From assembly GCA_951406725.2 (NCBI GenBank), contig OX597819.1:37386001-37450000 (forward strand): DNA of 64,000 bases, given 5' to 3'. The notes below the pieces were generated by a model that made no database searches, was not told the origin of the DNA, and was given only the letters and a program-made list of their open reading frames with translations. Below are positions 51,470-64,000 of the stretch, piece by piece; positions within the stretch are counted from its first letter, which is position 1, and every line of letters starts with the position of its first letter. The DNA comes from Octopus vulgaris. Its lineage: Eukaryota. The position numbers were made by a program, and so were the translations under genes.

Positions 51470-54400
51470 GTAAGTTTATCTAAAATTGCCTTTAAATTGA
51501 ATAACATTTTGAATTATTACTATCGTCATCATCATTAATATCGACAATAACAGCATCTTTTTTTGTTTCTTCAAAATGTGATACGTTAAATCGATAATTC
51601 TTGTTAAGGCCACTGCCCTTCTATATTTTTTCTTCTAGTTTTTATAACTCAGTTAAGTTTGTGTTTATAAATCCAGATTATATTAAACATATAGACTGCG
51701 AAAGATTTTAATTTAATCTTTTTGTTAGAATTTTCCTCTTCCTTATTCTGTTTCTTTACTGTGACCATTTTAACAAACTCAAGTTGTTGGTTGTAAGGTA
51801 AATATTGCAAAATAATTAAGATGAAGAGTATAAAATGGAAAATAATAATAATATTTATTAGTTGACAGCGGTTACTAAAAACAATAAAATAAAATTTAGA
51901 AGAAGTGGGATAATGGATAGAGCTTAGAGGTCAAGAAAACTAGTGTTAAGTCCTTCAACTTATACAAAATATCAATTTCGATTGACAGTGATTTAAGCGT
52001 GGGATTTCTAAAGTGCGGTGGTTGTTGGAATAACAGATGAAAACAGTCCAGTTGTTTCTGGATTGAGATGCCTTGATCTTCGGGCAGTTGTATCGGGGAA
52101 CTTTTTTGCTGCTTGGAGCTCCCCATTTTCGGATATTCTATTGGATCGCATTCCACGGTGCCAATCGAAATTATTGAAGCAAGGAAACTTTCTCTGAGCA
52201 TGTCCTGCAGATTTTGGGAGTTGACCTCATCGCTCATGGAGGGCTTGCAAAAGGCAAGGGTACAACCACTTCTTCCTTCAGACGACCAAACACGAAAGTT
52301 TTACTAACAATCTCATGTACATTTATACCAATTTAGACTTATATAAATTAGAAATTGGTTTTCCTTTGCAAGAAGTTTCCTTATTTAGTTTCCTTGCCAC
52401 GTGCACCCGAACTTCTGAGACTTACAACAAAGTTTTGCCTGGAGTTTCCGATCATTGATCCTCCCACTTTAATTGTCACTAACGTGGATTTTGACAAATT
52501 TGATTTTTTTTTTTTAATCTTCGGTACAGATGATTGGGTTCTTTTTAGAAACTATCAAAGCTTAATATTTCTTTAAGTTGTATTCTATACATAAGATTTA
52601 TCCTCAATGAACCAAGATTTCAAGTCCTCTTTTTTAAAGAATGAATTGCCGATTTGATGATTTTGAATGCAAAACATATTACTATTGAAAAAACTAGATA
52701 GTTCAGCATTACATATTGAAATGTCATTAAAGTTAGCTTTCACTCAGTGCCCTTGATAGTGATTTTTTTTTGTCTGCAAGGAAGCTTCGTAATCAATATA
52801 TTGTTGTGTCCCTTAAAGTCTATGTTGTACCTGTGTTCAGATACTGTTTCAGAATTTTGCGTTGCCAAATGTCTTGCGGGAATTCGGGATTATAGAATCC
52901 GTTCCTTCATTATTGTCTAGCAGACATACGTACGAAAGGAAGTCAACTATTTTATTTGGAAGGGATGTTGTGAAACACCCACTCTATACTTTTTCGAATT
53001 ATTGTTTGAATTGGTCTTTATTAGTATTGTACCTGTATAATGCACATATTAGGAATAAGAAACATCCTTTTGATCTCTGAGTAAAGCTGTTTGATTGGAA
53101 TACTATGTTAATAAGGGATGCATGCAATGGTTTTTTTTCATAGGTTATGTTGGTCTTGTGACTTGAGTATTTAAGCATTTATCTGTCCCCTCTTGCTTGA
53201 GATCTTTGGTATTTCTGGATATGTGTAGAATTACCATTGTCTTTGCTGAACATATTCACCAAGTATTTCGTTAAATATCTTCTCTTCCAACTTAGTCGCC
53301 TGTTTCAAAAGTGTTATTTGCATCGTACAGGTTCAGTGCCACTGTTATACTAAATTAAACTTTATCCCTTTCTCAAATGATTTAATAAGTTGACACAACC
53401 TCACCAAAAGGAACAAGGCAGAAATGATATTCGTGGGAAGAAAATGTCTACAATCGGGGGCAGAAACTGAATTGCTGATGCAGTTTTCCGGGTGCTCTTT
53501 TCCGAAAAGTTCGATTTAAACCCACAGCAAATGCTCTGAGACTCGTTATTATTGGGTTTTGACCGAATTTAGTTTAGTGGGGGTTTTGGGGGCGGGGGTT
53601 CAACTCAAACCTTATGTTTTCTTATACAATTTTCGCCTGAGCTTTATCAATGAATACAAAATCGGAAATTAAAATGTTTTTGGCATAAATTCCTAATGAT
53701 AGTCTGATTAAATTAATGTGAAATAAAAAGTAAAGAAAAATTAAAACTATACATTTGTTTTCAGAAATCTATATTAGCACTAATTAGCTGTTTAATTATT
53801 ATTCTTAGAATATTAAATGATTTTTATACTTTAATTGCCAAATATTTGTTGTGTATTTTGACGATGATGGTTGTGTTTGTGAAAAAGGGAACGGGTGTTG
53901 GTGGGAGACAGACACTAATGATAATATAGATTTCTTCATCCCGACTCTATCCACAAATATATGGTTAAAACCGTGTCACCATAAGTGTGTGGGTGGTGGA
54001 AGGGAGAAATGGAGGAATGCCGGACTAAATACCTTGCTCCAGATAGTTACGTCCCTTTACATTCCGAGTTCGAATCACGCAAAAGGCTGCTTTACACTCA
54101 TCTTTCTGGAATTTGTAAATAAGTTAGCTGTGGATTGCTAGACTCGTTAGACGATAGGATAAATACCTAGACGCTAAATTCAAATCCCACCTAGGACGAC
54201 TTCTGCCCGGAGCCGATAAGATACCTGTCAGATATTTGGGTCGATTTTAAGAATCATGAGCCGTCTGTGAATATGTGTGTATGTACATTCTTATATGCGT
54301 GTGAATTTAACTATGTTCATTTCAATAAGCAGATGCATTTATATATGTTGTGTATATGTACGCATTTATTTAACTGTTTACCTCTATAAGCAGATGCACA

Positions 54401-57316
54401 TATACACACACTTGTATAATGTATATTGCGTATTATATATATCTAATAGATCTGTGTGAATTTGTTTATATCTAAAAAGTAGATACGACTATATGTGTAT
54501 GTATAAATATACAACGAATGAATTTATTTTACTGCGTATACATATATAAAAAAACTTATACTCGTATATGCGTGTGTGTGTGTGTTGCGCGCACGCGAGC
54601 TAAGATTTACTTACAGTTTCCAGCTGAGTACATGAGTACCAAGCTGCTTGGTGCGTGTAAACTAAAACACGTGACTGACGTCCTGAAGCCGCTTCACTAC
54701 GTATATAGGTTAACTTATTTCTGTCATTCATTCACTTGATCATCAAACCTATTTTAAATTAAACATGCCTTATTCCTTGCAGACTTTTCTGTTATATTTT
54801 GCTTAAAATTATAATTTGGAATAATAAAAAATATGTCGGCTTTCCCCCACCACTCCGTTTCGTCTTGTCATTCCATAATCGCAGCTTTTTAGAAGCAGTG
54901 TTCTTAGAAAAAGCTGTTTACAAGGTTTTTGCCTTTGAATCAAAGAATTAATTGGTTAAAATGTAGTTTAGCGACGTAAATTCTTCGGTGTCACTTTTTT
55001 CTAGTTATTCTCTTTTTTCGTCCTTTCTTTTTGTTTATTATTTATTGTTGTGGCCCAGAATGCCAACATTTTTATATGTGAAAAGGATTATATTAAATAC
55101 GCTGTATACGCTAATAAATTAGAGGATTTCTAAGTCAAAATTCCCAATAAAAACAATTATTTCTCACAGTTAATAATAAAGCCTTAAATAACAATATTTT
55201 GTTTCACCTATTTATAATTTTTATCCAAGTATACTTATGTTGACCATGATTTTTTTATGTCTGCTAATTAGAAATAAATGAACGCAATTAAATTCTACAA
55301 CTTATTGGACTACGAAGTTTTAAATTGCAATATAAAATTAGACATGCATTTATTTATGGAAGAAATTGGGTAAATGGAAGAATGCAAGAAATAATTTCAC
55401 ATATTGATGTGAATGATTATGTTTACTGTCATCATAACAGTTCGTACATCAGGAAGAGTTTTTAAAAATCACACTACTTTCTTATTTATATACAATAATT
55501 AATTTGGCAGATGTTCTGGAATAGTTACTTCAGTGCAGTGTTGCATGAAAGTTCAGTGCAAGAATCCACTTGTTGTTCATTTAACTGTGCATTTCTTTAT
55601 TTTCGTCACACTTTGTAAGCATGAATTTGAAGAAAATTATTCGTTAAAATTTTTATTAAACTTCGCTTGATGCAGAAGTTATATATGTAATTTTAAATAT
55701 ATTTTAGAATGATTTTCCAAAAAAAAAAAAAAAAAAAATAAAATTATGCTGCAAAGGACTTGAAATGTTTGTTTAGAACTTGTTGCTTCCACAAAGTCAT
55801 TGTTGATTTAGTCCCGCTTTCTCATGAACTTTAATAGAAGCATCTATCTTTGTTCCATGTAAATTTAGATTTTAATTCATTTAAGCCATATGTCACTTAA
55901 TTGGCCACCTGTTGTATATAACTAATCAAAAACTATCTTCCTTTAAAAGTTGATGTTGATATAGAAACAATTTCATTTCTTAATTCAAACAATTGTTTAA
56001 AATGTTTTCTTTTCACAACATTTTGCAATTCACAATGTAAAAGAGGATATTAATCCTGCTAGTTTAAAGTCCACACATACTTGAACAGTTCACAATTAAG
56101 GGACATATATACAGCAGTGCACTTATGGATTGGCGTTACTGTTTGGATTCTCTGAAACGATTCATTGTTGACATTGCCTTGCTCCATTGCCTATGTTCCA
56201 ACAGTATCCATTCTAAAACATTACTTAAAAAGTATCCAGTCCTGTCTGTAAAATGGTCGGTGTTAGAAAGGGCATCCAGCTGTGAAAACTATGCCAAAAT
56301 GGACCTCCCCAGTGCTGATGCCATGTAAAAAACACCCAGTTCACTCTGTAAAATGATTGGCATTAGGAAGGGCATCCATCCATAAAAACCATGCCAAAGC
56401 AGACAGTGGAGCCTGGTGCTGTCCTCTGGCTTGCCTGCTTGTCAAACTGTCCATCCAATACCAGCATGAAAAATGGATGTTAAATAATGATGAAGAGATG
56501 TTACATTTTCAATACTGACATTAACTTTTCCCCCAATAATTATGTGGATACTTCATCTTGGTTGTCAGGTTTGAAACTTCATAAAATGCCAAAGTGCATT
56601 TATTTCTATTTTTTAAATTAAATTTTTTTTTTTTTTGGCAGAACATAAATCAATCTTATTTACTAAAAATCCTATTGGTTTATTCAAGTATTTAGGATGT
56701 TGGTTATCCAAAAATTAGTTTTGATAATCACATGACATCGTTTGATAATTTGGTATTGTAAATAAATGATTATTATTACTAGTGTCATTGAAACCAAACT
56801 TTAAATGTATGTCACAATATGTACTGGTTCAAATAGTTTTACTTCAGTTCTTCTCTTCTCTTAATTTTTTATTACAGATATATTTACTTGGACATTAGTC
56901 AAACTGCTGTTTTATCACCTTAGCCAGTTTTCTTTATTGAAAATAGAGAAGTACTTCCTGAAAAATATATTAGAAAAAAATCAATAAGTAGTCTTGATAA
57001 ATAAATTAGAACAAACCTTGATTTGATAATGATAGATCAATAAGCATGTTAGTTTAGGTCAAGCAAATTAAAGGTGCTTCAGGATTATTTTTGCACTTTC
57101 AATAAATGGAAAATATGTGGCCAAATTACCAATATGCTGTCTGTATTCACAGAACTAGCACTTACTATTATGTGTTTATACACACAGTGATCATTGCTGT
57201 GCCTGCATTACAGGTGTCACCTGAGAGCTCACCCTGTAGAATTTTAGGGTACATTCCATGCATAGACTAACTAGTCAACTGAATAAACTAAATTTTGAAC
57301 ACTTTTGTAGTTCTTA

Positions 57317-57632
57317 GGCGCAGGAGTGGCTGTGTGGTAAGTAGCTTGCTAACCAACCACATGGTTCCGGGTTCAGTCCCACTGCGTGGCATCTTGGGCA
57401 AGTGTCTTCTGCTATAGTTTGTGTGTCTGTGTTTGTCCCTCTAGCATTGCTTGACAACCGATGCTGGTGTGTTTATGTCCCCGTCACTTAGTGGTTCGGC
57501 AAAAGAGACTGATATAATAAGTACTGGGCTTACAAAGAATAAGTCCTGGGGTCGATTTGCTCGACTAAAGGCGGTGCTCCAGCATGGCCGCAATCAAATG
57601 ACTGAAACAAGTAAAAGAGTAAAGAGTAAGAG
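57317..57632 (+). mobile_element. SINE family 1 with internal deletion
   Basis: Head and tail match 7183-7637; middle removed between gctatag and tttgtgtg. Confidence 0.9.
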
Positions 57633-59269
57633 TTATGACAATTATTTTATGTTTCCTGGTGTTCTGTAAATTTTTTTCCCTGGAAGTTGATAAGTCACTG
57701 GACCATATGGTTTGGGAAATGCTGAACTAGGTGAAATTCATAATAAAAACATTTTCAATGGCTGCTGCAGTGCCCTCACCTCCTCGAAATGGCTGGCTTT
57801 ATGCTACCCCCACTCACCATTCCAAATTGTCATCTACGTTGTGCATATCTCCTTCTCCAAACCTGCCACTGTTCCAAGTCCCTCTCTAGATTTCTAGTGA
57901 CTCCGTTTACTGCAATATCAACTGCATTAATTTCCTTGGGCAAAAATAGTCTTCAAAAAGTCATGGAAACAGCCACTTCTTAATTAATGTATATTATCAT
58001 TATCATCTTCATCATCATTTTAATGTTCAGTTTCCCGTGCTTGCATGAGTTAGATGATAACTTCATTGAAGCAGATTTTTTTTTCCTACAACTAGTTTCT
58101 CTTCTTGTCACCAACCCACCACACTTGTTTCCAAGTAAGCTAATATTTCCCTTGGTCTATGAAATAACAGTATGGATATGCTTTCAAGGAAGATTGCAAA
58201 GAAACTACACTGTCTGTATGAATGGTGACACTTTTTTTACAATGTGTGTATGCACATGCAGGCACACACACACATACACATGTAATATATTTGTATGTAC
58301 ATATACACAATGGGCTTTCAGTTTCCAACTATTAAATTTCTCCCATAAGGCATTGGTCAATCTACCTGCTGTTATAGTAAAAGATACCAACTGACGGCAT
58401 TCACAGTGGGAATAAACCTTCAACCATGAGCCAGAAAGTGGCTTTATTAACTATAGGCCATACCTGCTGTTACAGACAACTGCAGTTTGGCAGCAAAGTG
58501 CTAGTTGTGTTATGCAAGAAGCCTTTGTTAGAGATTCTTATGACTACTCCAAGTGCATAAGATAGCACTGACAACAGGGGAGGGAATTAGGAATGCCTTG
58601 TAGCTAGTTCCTACCAATGTTGCTTCACATTCTTCACAGCAGTCAAACTCAATAGTGCCACTTCAAAATTCCAACTATCAGTAACATGGTTGGTGGAGAA
58701 TGTAAAGTTGCAAAAGGTTGCTGCCATATTGCTGTTTTTAAATTTTATAGGCATCATTGTTCAAGTGACCCAGCTAGTAATATTGGCAAGAAAGAAAGCT
58801 TGAAAACTCTTGAAGTAGTATAGATCACTCTTGAAATAAGACTCTTGATTGTTGTGCAAAACACACATGGCAAATTGGGACAAATATGCTGCTAGAGTAA
58901 CAGGCAAGATAACAAGACCTGATATATTTTTGTCAGATTAAAGAATACAAGTATGTAACAGAAGCAATGGGTTTGAGAAGACAGTGTATGGTTAGCATGG
59001 GAAACTTTTGACTGAAAGAAGCTGTCATGGAGATTAGAACTAGCCAGGTTGCAATTCCTTCTGAGGTTGGTGAATGATGTGATTGCATTCTTTTGTCAGT
59101 TTTAAACGGTGGGAATACTGTGACACAACTGTCATCAGTGTGAAGGTTATTCATTATTGGAGCTTTTGACAGCAGGCATATTTTCTTTGGTGGAATATTT
59201 GTGGTAGCAGAGCCAAGTACTGAATATCCTTGTTATTGCACTAAAATGGCCAATAAAGTAATAAAAAAA

Positions 59270-59515
59270 AAGTAAAGTTACCTTCTCAAGTCATACTGAC
59301 TCATAAGGGCTGGTTACATGGCCTGTTTTTTCCCTACCTGGACAGAACGGCAGTCCATTGCAGGATTACTCATTTTTGTCAGCTGAGTGGACTGGAGCAA
59401 CATGAATGAAGTATCTTGCTCAATAATACAATACAGCACCTGATCCTCTGGAATTGAAACCACAATTTTACAATCACAAATCCAGTACCCTAACCACTAA
59501 GCCATGTGCCTCCAT
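59270..59515 (-). mobile_element. Old tRNA-derived SINE related to family 3
   Basis: ctaaccactaagccatg (A box, reverse), cagctgagtggactggagcaac central domain. Confidence 0.55.
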
Positions 59516-60682
59516 AACTCAAACGGCAATGCAGTAGCATTGAGAATCAACACCAAATTGTATCTTGTTTTCTACAAATAAGGCATGGAAGGGCAATGAA
59601 GGAGCATAAACGATAGAAAAGAAAACCTTGAATGGTGCTAATGACTGGAAAGTACAGGTGGATTTGGAGGAAGTGCCTGTGTTCACAAGCTATATTGCAA
59701 TAACAAGGCTGTGTCCCAACTTTATAGTATAAAATGACTTGACAAAAATTTCATGTGTGAGGAGGTATAGTTGAGGTGTGCACATGATAAGAAATGCCTA
59801 AAATATGAAGAATAGAGGGAGCTGTATGAGTCACAGGAATAATATAGTTTGCAGTACTGCCAATGGAAGTGTGGTGATAGTGTCTGTAGTTCAACTGACA
59901 GTATCCTCTTGGTTTAGAGGAAGTGCAGAGGGAGTCAGTATCAGTAAAATGAAGCAATCTTTGGGTTGTTTGCAGCCATCCTTGGTTTGGAGATATGGTG
60001 ACTGCATGGTTAAAAGGAAGGTATGGATCATGCTGCGATTTGGACCAAAAGTACCTGGACGTTCCTTTGTAGCATCAATGCTGCTTGGGCACTACTGGAG
60101 GAAGTGATCCTGCCAGAATTGCCAAAATCATTGTGAGCTCAAATCGACTGGTGAAGATAATGTCATGCAGTGCCAGTTGTGTGTAAAATATATGATATAT
60201 AAAACAAAACTATTGTTGTTAATTACAAGATGTCATAATAAGGTAACAAAACTCATAGAGCTGTCCCTTTTCCCATTACATTGTTCATGCTGTCTAGAAG
60301 GGCATGAACAGCACAGTATCCCGTTTCTCAGCTCTGAGAGTCTGACAGTCTGGGTAAAAAAAAATTATACTTTTAAAGTTATTTTAATGAGAGATTCACT
60401 TTCGTACTTTGTCCTCCAGGATGAAAGAAAAGAAAAGTGCAGATTTCTTTTTACAAAAGTATTCAGTGTACATTAGCTATATTGTATTAAAATGAGATTC
60501 TATTGGTATTAGATTATGGTATCAAAGCAAAATAGCAAGAACCAACAAGTTTCATTTTTTGTTTATGATAAATTCCTCTTTATTTAAAAGCATGAAATAT
60601 TTATATTTCTAAAGTGAAACACTTGACACATATATTGTTTTGTTTTTGTTTTGTAAATACATGCCAAAAACAAACTTGACTT

Positions 60683-60940
60683 GCATCATCATCACCATCG
60701 TTTAACATCCGCTTTCCATGCTAGCATGGGTTGGACGATTTGACTGAGGACTGGCGAACCAGATGGCTGCACCAGGCTCCAATCTTGATCTGGCAGAATT
60801 TCTACAGCTGGATGCTCTTCGTAATGCCAACCACTCCAAGAGTGTAGTGAGTGCTTTTACGCGCCACCGGCACGAGGGCCAGTCGGGCAGTACTGGCAAC
60901 AGTCATGCTCAGATGGTGTTTTTTATGTGCCACCTGCACA
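60683..60940 (-). mobile_element. SINE 3' part with (ATG)n tail; related plus-strand copy at ~56235-56495
   Basis: Reverse strand gcatccagctgtagaaa...ccatgctagcatggaaagcggatgttaaacgatg... Confidence 0.6.
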
Positions 60941-61269
60941 ACTACGAAATATTGGCTGTTTTTGTTGTAAAGGAGAATGACAAGTAGCAAGACACAGTGT
61001 GAACTCCTGTCCAATACATACTGCTATGCAAAAACAAGGGTGCAAAATGTTGATAACATACATACCTTCCTATACACACACACACTCAAAATGTCACAAC
61101 AGTTCAATAACTCACCTACTGGATCTAGTGAACATACGTATCTAAATACCAACAAAGGAGATGTAAACCACAATGAAAAGCACCAATTACGGCCAAATTA
61201 TAATAGTAGAAATTCTTATGATATAGCTAACACAGTAACAACGTTGGAAAATGAAGTCAGAACTGCCAT

Positions 61270-61540
61270 ATATACAAATAAATATGATAAATGCTCGTGC
61301 AGAAAAAAATCAAAATGCCCATTGATGAACATCTGTATGAGTACAAATCTTGTATGTAAATGTACTGTGCACACAACAGGAGGACCATATGTTTATATTG
61401 GGCAGACAGTTGCTTCATTTAAGAATCATTATCGTGACCATGTCACCAGCTTCAAGAGAATCAGTAAGAGACATTCAATGTTTTTGGATGATTGTGTATG
61501 GTGACTGAAGGAAGATAAAATTAATATAGTTTGATATATA
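61270..61540 (+). pseudogene. Decayed PLE GIY-YIG endonuclease (Naiad-like)
   Basis: CSCRKKSKCPLMNICMSTNLVCKCTV..VYIGQTVASFKNHYRDHVTSF...VW*LK. Confidence 0.7.
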
Positions 61541-61949
61541 TATATGAAGTCTATTTGCCACCTAAATGCGGCTAATCCTAAAGGGTTGATGCTACTGTAG
61601 CTTATAGCCCCATGAAGACATTTCCCCCAGCTGGCTATTGACACACTTACTGTGCTCTATAAGTATTTGCATAGGGAAGTCATCTTTCTCATCTCCTGCT
61701 TGACGTGATACACACGCACCCGAGTGTCTGGGTACTGACCCATCATCTGCGTGTGACAACCACTGGTTGGCAATGGGAAGTAGTTCTCAATGCAAATATA
61801 TGTATCCTTTTACCAAGCCATATTTAGGGGGCAAATATACTTCACGGTGTCATGCAGCTACTGTTTATGCCTCGCTCAGATATTAATTATATATATATAT
61901 ATTTGTGTGTGTGTGTGTATATATACATATGTATATATATATATGTATA

Positions 61950-61997
<48 letters not shown>

Positions 61998-62014
61998 TAT
62001 ATGTATGTATATTT

Positions 62015-62166
62015 CTGCAGCTCTTGGTAGTCCAAATTGGAGGTGCAATCTATGTGGGTATCGTTTCAGAGCATTGTCTGGTTTAAAAAGCCACATTAGA
62101 TGCCATGATGGTGCTAATGTGTAGATACAGGAGGTGGTCAAACACTGCATAAGGAGTAGACAACCA

Positions 62167-62168
<2 letters not shown>
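62015..62168 (+). mobile_element. 3' terminal fragment of an RTE LINE (C2H2 finger plus 3' UTR)
   Basis: WRCNLCGYRFRALSGLKSHIRCH; ends caaccacc next to (TA)n. Confidence 0.65.
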
Positions 62169-62218
<50 letters not shown>

Positions 62219-62230
62219 GTATGCATATAT

Positions 62231-62785
62231 ACGGGGTGCGGCAAAATGATTTAACATGTTAGGTGTACTAAAAGTGAAATAGAGTAACGAACGAAAAATG
62301 TGCTTTTATTTACAAAATGTATATATAGTGCCATTTTGTTTCATTTGGTTTTAAGAATTAAATCGGTCAAGTGGGTGCTGTCACTGTCCACACATTGTCA
62401 AAGGTGTTCACAAAAGTTGTCTATAACTTGATGGGTCATTTCATGTAGATTGGCAGCAAGTTCTTGATGAATGTCATCTTTTAATTCTTCAAAAGATCGA
62501 GAACAATGAGTGTATACCTCTGATTTCATGTACCCCTACAGAAAAAAAATCACATGGGTTCAAATTAGGTGATTGGGCAGGCTAACTGATGTCACCGGGG
62601 AACACCTCCCTCAAAATCCCTATCATATATCGACAAGTGTGGGCCGTTGCCTCATCCTGTTGTAACCACACATTGTCCGTATCGTCAAGTTCATTTAATT
62701 TTAGTTTCAGAAAAGTCTCTGACATCACACAATATCGAGCAGAGTTCACAGTCACTGTAACATTGTCATCTTCGAAGATCTTCCT
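62231..62785 (-). mobile_element. Decayed Tc1/mariner transposon 3' half (rosa/DD41D-like)
   Basis: VWLQQDEATAHT; PAQSPNLNPCDFF..GYMKSEVY; TA-cggggtgcggc TIR. Confidence 0.75.
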
Positions 62786-63210
62786 GTTTTACTTCACACC
62801 TGACTTGGAGCCCTGTAAAGAGTCATGGACACTGCTTTCTCTTTTGACTGAAAGATAATGTGTGTGTGTGTGTGCGTGTGCGTGTGTGTGTGTGCATGCG
62901 TGCATCAATGTTTTTGCATCCATTTTTTTCCCCATGTTTGTATCAGTTATATGAGACTTCTGACTTTAGATATTCTATGGCTGATGTCCTTCCTGATGAG
63001 GCTAACCTTTTGTTCTCTTGTTTTCAAGCTAAGTTCTTTTTTTCCATGTTGAATAACTGAATTGAAGGTATATTGTTCATGGGAGACAAATAATTGTTAA
63101 TACTGCTGAAACAATCTCAGTGCAGAGAAACAGACACACACACACACACACTTATAATGGTTTTCTACAGTTTCTATGTATCAAATTTCACTTGTTTTGC
63201 CTTGACTTAA

Positions 63211-63429
63211 CCCTTTAGTATTTAAACTGGCCATATCCGGCCAAAATAGTTAATCTGTTTTATGTTCAAACTGACCAGATCCAGGCTCTCACACCTACCC
63301 TACAATGTTATTCTACATTAAGTAATTACACCATCAAGATCTTGAAGATATGAGATAATGCATGATTAATTCAAATCAATGTGAATCAATAAGCATTATG
63401 TTTGATAGAATAATCTGAACGCTAAAGAG
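63211..63429. mobile_element. piggyBac-like MITE
   Basis: TTAA-ccctttag...ctaaagag-TTAA. Confidence 0.7.
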
Positions 63430-63561
63430 TTAAGGCTATTTGTAGAAGACACTCGCCTAAGGTATTGTTCATTGAGAGCAAAACTGAGGCTATGTGATAG
63501 CAAACTGAACTTCTTAACCATCTCCTACTAGACCATCCTATAAGAGCTTTACTTTTATTTG

Positions 63562-63795
63562 ATGCAACAGATGTGGGCTGGAAGAGACCTCAAGACAGGC
63601 ATCACACCAGATGGCCAGATGTGATTGGAGAAGATCTCCAAAGGCTCAACATCACCTTAGAGGATGCAGAGGAGCTGGCATGGTACCACCAGTAATGGAG
63701 AGCACTGGTGGACCAGGTTAGCTCTCTGCATGGTGATGTCTCTGGGGCCACTAACCTGGGATGACCCCCAGCTCCATCAAGCAAGAGCAACAAGA
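63562..63795 (+). mobile_element. 3' fragment of an RTE/RTE-X LINE
   Basis: GWKRPQDRHHTRWPDVIGEDLQRLNITLEDAEELA...WRALV. Confidence 0.65.
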
Positions 63796-64000
63796 CTTTA
63801 AATTTAGTTGGAGAGGAATAAATAATTATAAGTACTACAGTGCTTGGCTGGTACTTTATTTTCATTGACCCTGGTACAGTGAAAAGTGAAGTTGATCTTG
63901 GGTGGATTTGAATACTGAACATGAAGAACTGAAAAAAAATATTACAAGGGTTTTTTGGTCATATGCTTTAATGATGCTATCAATCCAAAACCCATGCTCT

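Overview
AT-rich, repeat-saturated metazoan genomic DNA. The SINE/LINE repertoire resembles what I recall from octopod cephalopods (inference, not verified). Almost all ORFs in the supplied track are microsatellite artefacts. Real coding remnants belong to mobile elements: RTE, Dong/R4-type and CR1/Zenon-like LINEs, two Penelope-like (PLE) GIY-YIG fragments, hAT-Buster and Tc1/mariner transposases. The window also holds two solo LTRs, many tRNA-derived SINEs, Helitron ends and GG-terminal MITEs with 8-9 bp TSDs carrying (CCCTAA)n. One probable host exon lies at 51330-51469 in a repeat-poor region. The main finding is a family of ~360-nt, circularly permuted, hammerhead-ribozyme-containing non-coding elements (1-490, 15737-16200, 40070-40284). 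They have covarying hairpins, U3-type cores, head-to-head inversions and recurrent termini, as expected for retrozyme-like circular RNAs mobilised by PLEs. Other hammerhead-like motifs (5556-5655, 7750-7796) and 5S rRNA and tRNA-Asp copies fused to a shared LINE 3' tail are also present.
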